Shown here: in pieces, positions 47,291 to 57,211 of the stretch
Numbering within the stretch: the stretch's first letter is position 1
Layout of the letters: every line of letters starts with the position of its first letter
DNA from: a virus
Reading direction: 5' to 3' (one strand)
Length of the DNA stretch: 64,000 nt
IMG/VR virus record: IMGVR_UViG_3300033146_005950
Span: 1-64,000 of that record
Made by a program: the position numbers and the translations under genes
The notes under the pieces: model-generated
Seen by the model: only the letters and a program-made list of their open reading frames with translations
The model's database searches: none
Told to the model about the DNA's origin: nothing

Positions 47291-50239
47291 TTATTTTACT
47301 TCAACTGCAATTGGTGCTGCCATTACATTAGTCGACCTATGTACATTATAATTAGTTGTAATTCCATAACTATTTGTAACTTGAACCGTATAAGGATCAT
47401 TAAAAGGAACATTAAATTGAGTCGTTGGGTCTATAAAACTTGTTGCTGTTCCAAATAAGCTTGGGTACGCAATATATTTATAACCGCCGCCTTGGAAATT
47501 GTATGTTCCCTCAAATGATGCCGCTAATTGATTTACTCTTAAATTATGTACTCCATCTTCATTAATTGATGTTGCAGTATTTTCTCCATAGAATCTTCTC
47601 CATTGCCAATAAACTACATAATCTTTACTAAATTCTATATTATTTGTATTCAATGCTTTTATCCTAAATCTATTATTTGTTGCTGAAGTTTTTGTAATTG
47701 GGGATAATATTAAATTTTCAGTACCGTCATTTGCAAGATTATCTTTAATTGTTGTTCCTGCTGTTAAATCTAAAATACTAATTGAATCTTCCGTCACATT
47801 TTCTGGGTTTTCAATATTCCAAGTTGCTGTTGGGTTTTCAGGTGTTGAAGCGCCAACTTCAAGAGGAGTAGCCCAACCAAAATGAAACAAAGTAAAATTT
47901 GGAGTTTGATAAGGGTATAATAAATCATCCCACATTTCTTGAAGAGTTCTGTTATCAAAAGTACTCCCCTTCGCGATTCCGTGAATTGCTTCTGGAGTAG
48001 GATTAGGATTATTATAATAAATGTTTCCACCTGGCGATTCACCACCGCCGCCGTTTGATACTGAACTATAAAATAATATTGCAGCTGGGTTATTGCTCCA
48101 ATTATCTAAATTAATTCTGATAATATCGCCCTTTGATAAAGCAACAGTATTAAATTCAAATATTACAGTGTTATCAGTTCCACTATCATTTGTTGAAACT
48201 AAAGTTGGTTGAACCGTGCCGCTTGCAATATTACCTTGTTCATTTATATAAATATTCATTTTTGTATTTGCTGCAATTTTATTTGTTTTTAAAGTGACAC
48301 ATTTTATAAAACCGTTTTCGGTTACTTTCCAACCGGTGTCAATTGTTGAAGTGTCATTTGTACCGCCTGCAAATATTTCAGCATAAGGCGGTGCAGCAAT
48401 ATTTAATGAATAATTATATTGAGACCCCGACGCTGATGAAATTGCTGAGACTGCTGCGGCCACATAATCTTCAACATATTTTTTATATACAATATCATAA
48501 TCTAAAGACGGAGTAAATGTTTGGTCAACTTGAACTGAGCCATCTTTTTTAAGGAATTTATCAAACTCCATTTGTAGATCTAATTGATTATTTACATCAC
48601 CTGTTATTTCGCCCCATTTTCCACCACCGCTATTGCCGCCGTCATAATAGCCGCCACCCCCGCTATAAGATGCTGCGATTTTTTTAACTGTATCAATTGT
48701 CGCTAAATGATTGTCATTTACAGGAGTGCTGTTTGTTGAAATATTTCCGTCTATAAAATATTCTTTGTCACCTGTTTTTTGTAATGGAAATTTGGGTAAT
48801 TTTTTATTTACTTTTTTTTCAATTATATTTGCAGAATTTTTAATGTCTTCTTTTATTGAATTTGTAATATCATCTAAATCATCAAACGTAATGTAACTAT
48901 GTTTTGAAGTAAGTTTACCGTCTATTATTTGAAATTCATCTTCATCAAAATTGAAATTTAATATATTATCAGAAGTTAAATTTAATGCAGAATATTTTGC
49001 AATTGTCAATGGTTCAATTTTAATATCAGAAACATTACTTGCAACGACGTTTTCTTTTTTTGCCCCCGATATAATTAACTCTTTTATTACATTAATTTTA
49101 TCAGTAATATGTTTTTCTATTTTAGCTAAGTCTTGGTCTGTCGCAAATTTTGTATTGTTTATATAAACTTCGTCATTTTCTAATTTAATTGGTACGTCAT
49201 TTATTTTTTCAGCAAATATATCGCCGCTTAAATATAAATCTCCATCTTCATTTTTAATTGTTAAAGATTTGCCATTTTTATTTATGAGCTGTATTAAATT
49301 TTGTTGAACATCTATTTTGAAGGCATTATGTTCGTGATTTAATGCAAGTAAACGTTCTGACATTACCCAATTATTTGAATATAAGACACCGCCCTCTTCT
49401 TTAATATCAGACTCAATTAAATCTCCATTTTGTCCTTTTTTAACAAACTGAAAATTATTTAATTTATCAATTTGCGATAATAATGATTTTAATAAACTTA
49501 AAGTATTATTATCAATATGGGTATCATTTTCTTTTACATCTTCTAAATCAGAATGTTTTGAAATTTTAGAAGTAATATTATAAGTTTCTTCGCCAATCTT
49601 TACAAATAAGTCTTTCTCATCTGCAAAGAAACTAAACATCGTCGTTTCAATTGAACCGTTTGGGTTTATTATAAATGTTTCATTTAACTCGCCATCTGCA
49701 TTTGAAACAAAATATAAAAACCTCCCTTCTTCATCTAATCTTATTAATTGAGATGTTTTATTATTATTGATTTTTTTATAAGAGTCGCCGTTAAAACCCT
49801 GCGGTATGAATAAATTATTTGAGATTTCTAATTTATCATTTTTATTATAAAAACCGTTTTTATTAGTAACAAAACCGTTTAAGTCATCGTTCCATTTTAT
49901 TTCGTCATTATTTAATTTGATTAATGACTTGTTAGATAAAATTGAATTTTGAAATTCTTCATCAGAATAAAAAGAAACATTGTATAATTGTTCGGCAAAT
50001 TCATTAACTTTTTCATCAAGAGTTATTTCTATATATTCATTTAATTTATTAATTATTTGTTGGTTTGTTTGGTCTTTTACTAATGATAAAATTTTAGAAT
50101 CATCTGAAAACACAAAAGTTGAATAACCAGTTTTTGTTTTATATGCAATTGTGCCGTCTGCAGTAAAGCCTATGTCGCCGCGTTTTATATTATTAATTAA
50201 ATCATCAATACTTAAAAACTGATTAAACATAAAAATCAT
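47291..50239 (-). CDS. large virion structural protein (fibre base or decoration)
   Basis: Shares modules with 33317..36655 and 36981..38777; late promoter at 50273. Confidence 0.65.
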   Translation of the reverse strand: MIFMFNQFLSIDDLINNIKRGDIGFTADGTIAYKTKTGYSTFVFSDDSKILSLVKDQTNQQIINKLNEYIEITLDEKVNEFAEQLYNVSFYSDEEFQNSILSNKSLIKLNNDEIKWNDDLNGFVTNKNGFYNKNDKLEISNNLFIPQGFNGDSYKKINNNKTSQLIRLDEEGRFLYFVSNADGELNETFIINPNGSIETTMFSFFADEKDLFVKIGEETYNITSKISKHSDLEDVKENDTHIDNNTLSLLKSLLSQIDKLNNFQFVKKGQNGDLIESDIKEEGGVLYSNNWVMSERLLALNHEHNAFKIDVQQNLIQLINKNGKSLTIKNEDGDLYLSGDIFAEKINDVPIKLENDEVYINNTKFATDQDLAKIEKHITDKINVIKELIISGAKKENVVASNVSDIKIEPLTIAKYSALNLTSDNILNFNFDEDEFQIIDGKLTSKHSYITFDDLDDITNSIKEDIKNSANIIEKKVNKKLPKFPLQKTGDKEYFIDGNISTNSTPVNDNHLATIDTVKKIAASYSGGGGYYDGGNSGGGKWGEITGDVNNQLDLQMEFDKFLKKDGSVQVDQTFTPSLDYDIVYKKYVEDYVAAAVSAISSASGSQYNYSLNIAAPPYAEIFAGGTNDTSTIDTGWKVTENGFIKCVTLKTNKIAANTKMNIYINEQGNIASGTVQPTLVSTNDSGTDNTVIFEFNTVALSKGDIIRINLDNWSNNPAAILFYSSVSNGGGGESPGGNIYYNNPNPTPEAIHGIAKGSTFDNRTLQEMWDDLLYPYQTPNFTLFHFGWATPLEVGASTPENPTATWNIENPENVTEDSISILDLTAGTTIKDNLANDGTENLILSPITKTSATNNRFRIKALNTNNIEFSKDYVVYWQWRRFYGENTATSINEDGVHNLRVNQLAASFEGTYNFQGGGYKYIAYPSLFGTATSFIDPTTQFNVPFNDPYTVQVTNSYGITTNYNVHRSTNVMAAPIAVEVK

Positions 50240-50302
50240 CCCTCATATTAAAAAATACATCTTATTTGATAGTATTTATTTTTAAGGGATAACGTGGTTT
50301 AT

Positions 50303-50348
50303 AAACTAAGCCGTAAAAATACAACTCTTTAGAGTTGTGTTAGTTCAC
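50303..50348 (+). mobile_element. 46-bp non-autonomous IS200/IS605-type element (PATE)
   Basis: TTTAT|AAACTAAGCCGTAAAAATACAACTCTTTAGAGTTGTGTTAGTTCAC. Confidence 0.75.
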
Positions 50349-50569
50349 TTTAAATTTGCGTTTTCTGGGTTTTGATTGCAAATTATGACTTTAGGGTGTT
50401 TTGCTTTTTTGAATACTAATTTATTTTTGTATTTCTCCCAAAGTCTTTTTGAAATTATAATTTGGTCATATTCAAACATTATTTGGGGGTGTCCTTTATA
50501 ATTTTCAGACACGACTAAAGTTAGTAAGCCATTTAATTCAATCCAAATATAGTTTTCTACTTTTCTCAT
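50345..50569 (-). CDS. small hypothetical late protein
   Basis: AATAAATA at 50612; stop codon supplied by the PATE. Confidence 0.5.
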   Translation of the reverse strand: MRKVENYIWIELNGLLTLVVSENYKGHPQIMFEYDQIIISKRLWEKYKNKLVFKKAKHPKVIICNQNPENANLK

Positions 50570-50644
50570 ATGTTATATAAAATGCTTCCTTAAATATTAT
50601 GAGCTTTTTTATATTTATTTTTTGAAACTGTTTTAAGACTAAAA

Positions 50645-50678
50645 AAGAGGTTTGAAAATAAAAATTTACAAACCTCTT
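50645..50678 (-). terminator. terminator after major capsid gene
   Basis: AAGAGGTTTG..CAAACCTCTT followed by a T-run on the - strand. Confidence 0.6.
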
Positions 50679-50718
50679 AAAAATTATATAATTAAAAAAA
50701 TTAATTATTAAATTTTAT

Positions 50719-52194
50719 TTACCAAACGTCGATTCCAGTTACAGTATTTATACCTTTGAAATTAATCAAACGATAAAAACTACCGGCTGAAAGCAAGCTG
50801 GTACTAATTGCATAACGTGATTTAACACCAACTCTTGGAGCGAAGTTATCTTCACTTGTTGCAGAATACTGTACATTCATTTTGTATGGACTAAAAACAA
50901 CTCCACCGTCTGTCATTCCTGGTCCTTTATACCCAATAAGAGCATATTCATTAGTAGCGAACTGATCAAGATAAACAGAAATTGAGTTATTAAGAGTACC
51001 AATAAGAGTTGACTCAGAACCTGAAAGAATTATACCTGGTTCAACATTTGAAGTATTCGCAGTAAAAGCAGCGTTTGCAGCTTTAAGAACTGATGCAACT
51101 CCATTCGAAACAACAACGAAGTTACCTGGACCACGAAGAGCCGCGCCAGCAATAACAGTTGAAGCATAAACGATTGCATTTGTTACCATTGCAGTTTTAG
51201 CACGAATATCAGAAACAGAAGTAATATCAACATTTGCAGCAACATCTCCACCGTCACCATTAATAGCAGTCCATTTCAATGCCTGAAGCATTTCACGGTC
51301 AAGCTCCTGAACAACTTCCTGATGAAGTGTATTAATCATATCAAGCTTAAGATCGAAGTTATGCATTGCAAGTACATCTTCAAGTACATTCAATGAAAAA
51401 GTAGCAGCAAGCATTCTGTCACCAGCGCGAACTGTTTTCTGATCCCATTTAGTTGTTAGCTCAGGCCATTTAGTATTTGCATCATTAGAATTAAGAATCC
51501 AACCTTCAGCGTCATTTGATGCAGCAGCTTTACCGAAGTCAGCAGCACCAGAAGTTGCTTGAGTTCCACGGTCAGCTTTACCCTCAATATCCCCAAGAAT
51601 CTGAGTAGGAGTTGTGTCATCATCAACCTGAACAGTTTGCCCTTCAACAAAACCAGAATCTTTTGCAAAACCAGTTGTAACATCAGTAGAAGTTAAAGTA
51701 TAAGTGTCACCTTTATATCCACCAGTATAACCAGAATACTCAGGAACTGATTTCCAAGCAGCTTCAACACCTTGATCTGTTGCAGAGGAAATAGAATCTT
51801 TATAAACAGTTCTCTTTGCAAAAGCAATTCCAACAGGTCCAGTCATAGGCTGAACAGCAACAAGTTTATTAGCAAAAAGTGAAGGAACAACACGACGAGC
51901 AAGAGCAAAAGAAATGGGTTTGAACTCGTGAGCTTGTGCATTAGCAGTTCCGTTAAGCATTCCACCAACACCGTAAGCAGGAAGGTTTGTACCGTCCGAG
52001 AAAGCACCTGAGTGAGTTGAAGCATTTGCAGCAGCTTCCTCAACCATTTCTGTTGCGCCTTCATCAATATTATTAAGCACAAGAGTAGTTGCGCTCTTTA
52101 CAATTTCATCTTGGATAAGGTCTACACCAAGAGCAGCATTTTTTCCAGATGTCCATTTTTTAAGAACGTCTGCAGTAGCAATATTTACTGACAT
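50719..52194 (-). CDS. gp23: major capsid protein
   Basis: LARRVVPSLFA..LVAVQPMTGPVG.AFA, ELDREML, RGPGNFVVVS, VYLDQFA, GYKG....DGG..FSPY, F.PRVGVKSRY. Confidence 0.97.
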   Translation of the reverse strand: MSVNIATADVLKKWTSGKNAALGVDLIQDEIVKSATTLVLNNIDEGATEMVEEAAANASTHSGAFSDGTNLPAYGVGGMLNGTANAQAHEFKPISFALARRVVPSLFANKLVAVQPMTGPVGIAFAKRTVYKDSISSATDQGVEAAWKSVPEYSGYTGGYKGDTYTLTSTDVTTGFAKDSGFVEGQTVQVDDDTTPTQILGDIEGKADRGTQATSGAADFGKAAASNDAEGWILNSNDANTKWPELTTKWDQKTVRAGDRMLAATFSLNVLEDVLAMHNFDLKLDMINTLHQEVVQELDREMLQALKWTAINGDGGDVAANVDITSVSDIRAKTAMVTNAIVYASTVIAGAALRGPGNFVVVSNGVASVLKAANAAFTANTSNVEPGIILSGSESTLIGTLNNSISVYLDQFATNEYALIGYKGPGMTDGGVVFSPYKMNVQYSATSEDNFAPRVGVKSRYAISTSLLSAGSFYRLINFKGINTVTGIDVW

Positions 52195-52299
52195 ATTAAA
52201 AATCTCCTTTTTATATTATTTGTTTTATATGTAAATGATTGGCTAAATTTTCACTTAACCAATCTATTGTTTTATTTATTTTTGATTAAAGATGCTTTA

Positions 52300-53187
52300 T
52301 TAGAGATACTTTGCAGCTTCTTCAATTAGAGGATTAACCTCAACTTTCTGTTCATTGTCTTCATTAGATTCAAACTGAGCAAAAATGTTTCTCTCTGTTT
52401 TATCTACTTTATTATTTACAGACTCTTCAATCATAGTCTCTATATAATTATCAATCCTGCGAGCAATAAATCTATCACTCTTGTTTGAAAATTTCTTTAT
52501 TACTTGTCTTGAAAGTTTCGCAGGTAGACCTTTGATTGACTCTTCAACAAGAGGGTTCAGTTTTGGCTCTTCAATAGATTCTTCAACCATTCTGCGTTTT
52601 GAAGGTCTTGGTCGTCTTGTCCGTCTTTTCAAAAATCTTTCACGGGCGATTTTTACTGATTCCTCAATAACATCTTCTTCATCTTCAGATTCTTTTTCAT
52701 CTTCAGATTCTTTTTCATCTTCAGATTCTTTTTCATCTTCAGATTCTTTTTCATCTTCAGATTCTTTTTCATCTTCAGATTCTTTATCTTCAGCTGATTG
52801 CAACCTGTCAATATGGCTTTCCTCTTCAACAAGTTTTAACTCAAGATAGTCAGAAATGTAATTCATTACCTTATCATTAAGTTCTTCTTTATATTCTTCA
52901 GCTTCTTCAACAAGAGCATCAACTTCTTTTTGAACCTTAGTTTTTACTGATTCCTCAATAACTTGTTCATTTTTAGCAAGCTCATCTGCAACTCTTTTAT
53001 TTGCAATTTCTTCAGCAATTTTTGTTGCTTCTTCAACAAGTTTTGCATCTCTCTTTGCTTCTTCTTCAACAAGCTCTTTAGCCTTTGAATCTACAGCAGC
53101 CGCGAAACTATCTTCTATTGAAGACATATCTTTTGCTTCTATTATTCCGTCGGCTACGAGTTTTGTTAGTACGTTTTTATAACTCAT
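52300..53187 (-). CDS. gp22: prohead core scaffold protein
   Basis: Acidic coiled coil with many (L/I/V)xEE sites; between gp21 and gp23. Confidence 0.8.
   Translation of the reverse strand: MSYKNVLTKLVADGIIEAKDMSSIEDSFAAAVDSKAKELVEEEAKRDAKLVEEATKIAEEIANKRVADELAKNEQVIEESVKTKVQKEVDALVEEAEEYKEELNDKVMNYISDYLELKLVEEESHIDRLQSAEDKESEDEKESEDEKESEDEKESEDEKESEDEKESEDEEDVIEESVKIARERFLKRRTRRPRPSKRRMVEESIEEPKLNPLVEESIKGLPAKLSRQVIKKFSNKSDRFIARRIDNYIETMIEESVNNKVDKTERNIFAQFESNEDNEQKVEVNPLIEEAAKYL
52678..52785. repeat. 6 x 18-bp perfect tandem repeat (KESEDE) in scaffold gene
   Basis: TTCATCTTCAGATTCTTT six times. Confidence 0.95.
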
Positions 53188-53211
53188 ACTAATTTATCTC
53201 CTTTTCTATTA

Positions 53212-53865
53212 TTATAAATGATAAAAAAGATTCTTTATTGCGGCTGCAATATCTTCATCTTTTTTCTTCTTTTTACTTACTTCAGTTTTAAGATTTTTGA
53301 TTGAGTTTGATAAAAATACATTACCTTGTTCATCTATATCATATTCAATTGATTCTAATATTGGATCAACCATACTTGAATGATTGGATGGGTTAAAAAC
53401 TAAATCAACGGCAAGAACTTTAAAATTGTTTTGCATTTCTCGTTTTTCATTAAAAGTACCTAATGCACGAATTGAAACTCCGAAAGGTATTTTTTCATCT
53501 ATCAAAGTACAAGCAACTCTACCTGTGTCTGATTTATTTGGGTTTAATATTCTACTTGTGCCAACTAATTCATTTCCAATATATTCGAGCTGATTAATTT
53601 TATGAACAATTTTATTTAATGTTATATCAATTTTATGAGGGTGGTCGAGCTCGCCAATGCCACGTCCTGTTTTAACGTTTTGCTCAATAAAAGTATCCCA
53701 ACCAGCTTTAACATTTTCTAACGGGTAAATATTTCCATTTATATTTTTAGCATTGAAAGTTTGATATGGGCCAACTATTTTATAAGTTTTATTATCTCCA
53801 ACACCTTCTTCAACAACATCATAATCATACCCGTTATTATATAAGCTTTCTTCAATAAGTTTCAT
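53212..53865 (-). CDS. gp21: prohead protease
   Basis: KNINGNIYP, GELDHP, GVSIRALG, VDLVFNPS. Confidence 0.93.
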   Translation of the reverse strand: MKLIEESLYNNGYDYDVVEEGVGDNKTYKIVGPYQTFNAKNINGNIYPLENVKAGWDTFIEQNVKTGRGIGELDHPHKIDITLNKIVHKINQLEYIGNELVGTSRILNPNKSDTGRVACTLIDEKIPFGVSIRALGTFNEKREMQNNFKVLAVDLVFNPSNHSSMVDPILESIEYDIDEQGNVFLSNSIKNLKTEVSKKKKKDEDIAAAIKNLFYHL

Positions 53866-53867
53866 TA

Positions 53868-53996
53868 TTATTCCTCAGTTTGTTCTTCTGTTTTGTTTAT
53901 TTTTTTAAGTTTTTCTTTAGATTTTTCAATTTGCTCATCTAAAATCTTATTTGCTTCACCAGTTAAATTTTGCTCTATTGCTTCAACTAAATTCAT
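53868..53996 (-). CDS. small prohead core protein (gp67-like position)
   Basis: MNLVEAIEQNL... 42 aa; GGAGG SD; between portal and protease. Confidence 0.5.
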   Translation of the reverse strand: MNLVEAIEQNLTGEANKILDEQIEKSKEKLKKINKTEEQTEE

Positions 53997-54045
53997 TTTA
54001 TTTTCCTCCACTTATACATTATAATTTATTTATTTTTTAAAAGTT

Positions 54046-55638
54046 TTACCACTTTCTTTTGCTGCCTGAATCTTCCCCATCATCTTTAGGTTCTAATTTT
54101 TTTTGTTCTTCTATTAATAATCTGTTCTCTTCTAATTCTGATTCTGTAAAGCCACAAACGCTTTTTAGCACCCAATCTCTACTTAAAAAACCGTTTGGTG
54201 CATCTTCTGAGTCATAAATATAATCTGACGCATTATCATACATTTCTAATTTTGTCGACCATAACTCAGATTTTAGGTAAAGTTGATATTTTGATGCTTC
54301 ATTCCATACAATTGAATAAAACTTCTTATCAATATATTTGTCATCAACACCTTCAAGTTTTAGTAATAATTCAAATGGCGTTATTAAAACAGGACTAAAA
54401 TTTCTTTTATATTTTTCTAATTTTTGAGCAAATTGTTGTTCATCTCTTGTTATCGACTCTGTTCTTGCTTCCCACTCTCCCATTTCGTCTGAGTCCCATC
54501 GCCCTTTTGGAATTCCTAAACCTTTATATAACTTTGCAATAAACATTTTAACATCTTCAAGTTCACCTAATTGCATTCCGCCTGAAATTGAATCTACTTC
54601 AGTTTTATTTCCGTCTTCCCCAACTGCAAACCATAAATCGTCAATTATTGATTTAATATGAGATTTTTGCGATATTTCACCTGTATTATAATTATAATCG
54701 TTTACTTTATTATAACGCTTTGCTAAATTTTTCAAATAATTTTGTGCCGGGCCTGATTTTAGTTTTCCTGTATAAACATTAAAAACTCTCATTTCAGGAG
54801 CTCTTGTCCATCTATAAATTGCTAAAGAATCATCAATCATTTTCATATGATTGTAAGTTTTCATTACAATATCGTACGGGCTACGGACATCATATAAAGA
54901 ATTACCATATTTTCCACTATTCAAATAAATAATTTGATTGGGTGCAAATTCTTTTATAATATCCTCTTTTTTCAATTTATATAAAGAATTTGAAATAGAC
55001 TTTAATTTAATATCATTTATTTGAACGAACTTCTCAATAATGTTCATTTTATTATAAACAGGTAGCATTGTATAAGATGGCAATATTTGATAACCTATTA
55101 TTTTTGTTTTATCTGTGCTTGGAATCAATTCTATAAATAATTCAGCTTCTATAAATAATTTTTCGAACATTATATCCGCAACATTATTAAAATCAAACAA
55201 ATCATAGTAAACTTTATAAAATACTTTAGAATAAATCTTTTTAATATTTTCAGGTATTTTTTCGGTTGTTTCATTTATTTTTAATTTGCAAATTTCGTCG
55301 TCGGTGTTCTTTGTAATTGTTTCATTTACAATTATTTCAGTCGCGTCATATATTTCTGGGTAATTCGCCATCTGCTGATATTTTGCGATTTTTGATTTTT
55401 TAGAATTTACAATATTTAAAAAGTCAGAACCTTCATTTGACACTTCATTCGCTGCAAATGCTCCAGAACCATTTTGTTCTGAAGTAAGTCTTTTTTGTAG
55501 TTCTATTAAATCTGGGTCAACATAACCTTGTGCTTGTGAATTATCGCTTGCTTGCTTTACTTCTTGTGTTAGTTCTTTGCTAATTAATTTTTTGAAAAAA
55601 CCAAAGAACTTATTTTTGTTATTCTGTGAAACAGCCAT
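54046..55638 (-). CDS. gp20: portal protein
   Basis: MA.YPEI..A...IVNE, DSLAIYR.TRAPE.RVF.V..G.L, DDLW, TEV....GG..LGE.ED, ITRDE..F. Confidence 0.95.
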   Translation of the reverse strand: MAVSQNNKNKFFGFFKKLISKELTQEVKQASDNSQAQGYVDPDLIELQKRLTSEQNGSGAFAANEVSNEGSDFLNIVNSKKSKIAKYQQMANYPEIYDATEIIVNETITKNTDDEICKLKINETTEKIPENIKKIYSKVFYKVYYDLFDFNNVADIMFEKLFIEAELFIELIPSTDKTKIIGYQILPSYTMLPVYNKMNIIEKFVQINDIKLKSISNSLYKLKKEDIIKEFAPNQIIYLNSGKYGNSLYDVRSPYDIVMKTYNHMKMIDDSLAIYRWTRAPEMRVFNVYTGKLKSGPAQNYLKNLAKRYNKVNDYNYNTGEISQKSHIKSIIDDLWFAVGEDGNKTEVDSISGGMQLGELEDVKMFIAKLYKGLGIPKGRWDSDEMGEWEARTESITRDEQQFAQKLEKYKRNFSPVLITPFELLLKLEGVDDKYIDKKFYSIVWNEASKYQLYLKSELWSTKLEMYDNASDYIYDSEDAPNGFLSRDWVLKSVCGFTESELEENRLLIEEQKKLEPKDDGEDSGSKRKW

Positions 55639-55683
55639 ATTTTATTTTACCTTTTTAATAATAATTAAACATTAAATTCAAAA

Positions 55684-56187
55684 TTATTTATTTTTTTCAT
55701 AATTGCGCATTCTTGCTTCAAAAGTTGATTGTTCATATGTTTTAGTTGCAATTTGTATAAACTCATCAATATTTGTTTCATCTACTTCATATAATTTTAC
55801 AACACTGTCAACTAAGTATTTCCTGACTGCGAACGGAGAAGTTTTTTCTATTACTTTTAAATCATTATAAGAAATTGTTTTTAAATTTTTAGAAAGAAGC
55901 CCATCTAAAATTTTCTTTCTAATTTTTATAGGTAGATGATGGAAATTTATTCCAGTAAAATATGTTTGTGTTGAATATGTTATACTGTAAATAAATGTAA
56001 GTGGGTAGGAATCAAAAAATTTTAGTTCATTAAAATTATAATCAAGTTTATAGTCATAAACAAAAGTATAAAATTTACCTTTTTGAATTTTTGATTTTCT
56101 TTTCGCATTTTTAGTTACAAATCTATCATATTGCTTGAAAGATTTAGTTTCAAATAAAGAACGTAAAAAACCAGTTGTAAATAACAT
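55684..56187 (-). CDS. gp2: DNA end protector protein
   Basis: GKFYTFVYD.K....L.FFD.YPL, GINFHHLP...R, VRKYL. Confidence 0.8.
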   Translation of the reverse strand: MLFTTGFLRSLFETKSFKQYDRFVTKNAKRKSKIQKGKFYTFVYDYKLDYNFNELKFFDSYPLTFIYSITYSTQTYFTGINFHHLPIKIRKKILDGLLSKNLKTISYNDLKVIEKTSPFAVRKYLVDSVVKLYEVDETNIDEFIQIATKTYEQSTFEARMRNYEKNK

Positions 56188-56194
56188 TTTTTTT

Positions 56195-56587
56195 TTACTC
56201 TTCTAAATTATCTGGTATTAGCGTAAATTCACCATCTTTTAAAAGTTCTATTAAATCTTGATTTATTTTTTTGACAATATTATAGTTTGCTAATTGTTTA
56301 GAAGGAATTATTTTATCCCAAACACTTGTATCTTTATAAAATTTTGAATATTTTATATCGTAAAATTTTAATATTTTCGATTTTAATAAATAACGAATTG
56401 TTATAAGCATTAAATCAAAGGAGTTTAGTGCTTGTTTTTCTTCTTCAGTTTTGGGATCTTTTAATATATTGCCTGCTTTATCAACTAAACCAAGTCTTAC
56501 TGCATCAAATTTATTTATGTCTTTAAATAAATTATTTGCTAATATGAAGCCAATTGCTTGTTTATCTATAAAATTGTTATCTTTCAC
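56195..56587 (-). CDS. conserved T4-like hypothetical protein
   Basis: DA..LGL.D..GNILK.P.T.EEK.A motif seen in T4-type phages. Confidence 0.55.
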   Translation of the reverse strand: MKDNNFIDKQAIGFILANNLFKDINKFDAVRLGLVDKAGNILKDPKTEEEKQALNSFDLMLITIRYLLKSKILKFYDIKYSKFYKDTSVWDKIIPSKQLANYNIVKKINQDLIELLKDGEFTLIPDNLEE

Positions 56588-56647
56588 TAATTTCCCCTAA
56601 ATTAAAACTTCTTTCAAATACTAATTAATATATTTATTTTTAAAGTT

Positions 56648-57208
56648 TTAGTTTTCTAATAAGTATTCGAACGGCTCAATTTTGTCGTAAATTAATTTCA
56701 TTAAATGTTTTTGTAAACTATTTCTTCCTTTTACTCCTGCTAATATTGAATATGTTTGGTCAATGTATTTTGTTACCCATTTTACAGGTGCAATGCTAAA
56801 GTCAGAGACATTATCTAATCTATCAATTAATTTTATTGTTAAAGCATTATCTGAAATTTTGTTCATTTTATTAATAATATATTTAGTTTTTCCTAAAGCA
56901 TCAATTTCATTTTTATCATTTGTCAATTCTTTTACTAAATTTGCGATTGCTGTTCCAAAATAATCTTCTAAAGTTCCTTCGGTGACATCAGTGTCTTCAA
57001 GAGTATCGTGTAATAATGCCGCAGCAGCTAAATTAAAATCATCTGTTAAATTATAAATTTTAGTAAAGACTCTAACAGGGTGATTATAATAAGCTTCTTT
57101 TTCTCCAAATTTGCGTCTTTTACCTTTATGATTTAATTTTATAAAATCAATAATATCAGACAATTTTGCATTATCTAATTTCGACATTTCTTCAATTAAT
57201 AAAACCAT
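56648..57208 (-). CDS. HD-domain (p)ppGpp hydrolase-like protein (small alarmone hydrolase / Mesh1-like)
   Basis: H....R......Y..HP..V, AAALLHDTLEDT, LVKELT, IKL.DRLDN. Confidence 0.85.
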   Translation of the reverse strand: MVLLIEEMSKLDNAKLSDIIDFIKLNHKGKRRKFGEKEAYYNHPVRVFTKIYNLTDDFNLAAAALLHDTLEDTDVTEGTLEDYFGTAIANLVKELTNDKNEIDALGKTKYIINKMNKISDNALTIKLIDRLDNVSDFSIAPVKWVTKYIDQTYSILAGVKGRNSLQKHLMKLIYDKIEPFEYLLEN

Positions 57209-57211
57209 ATT

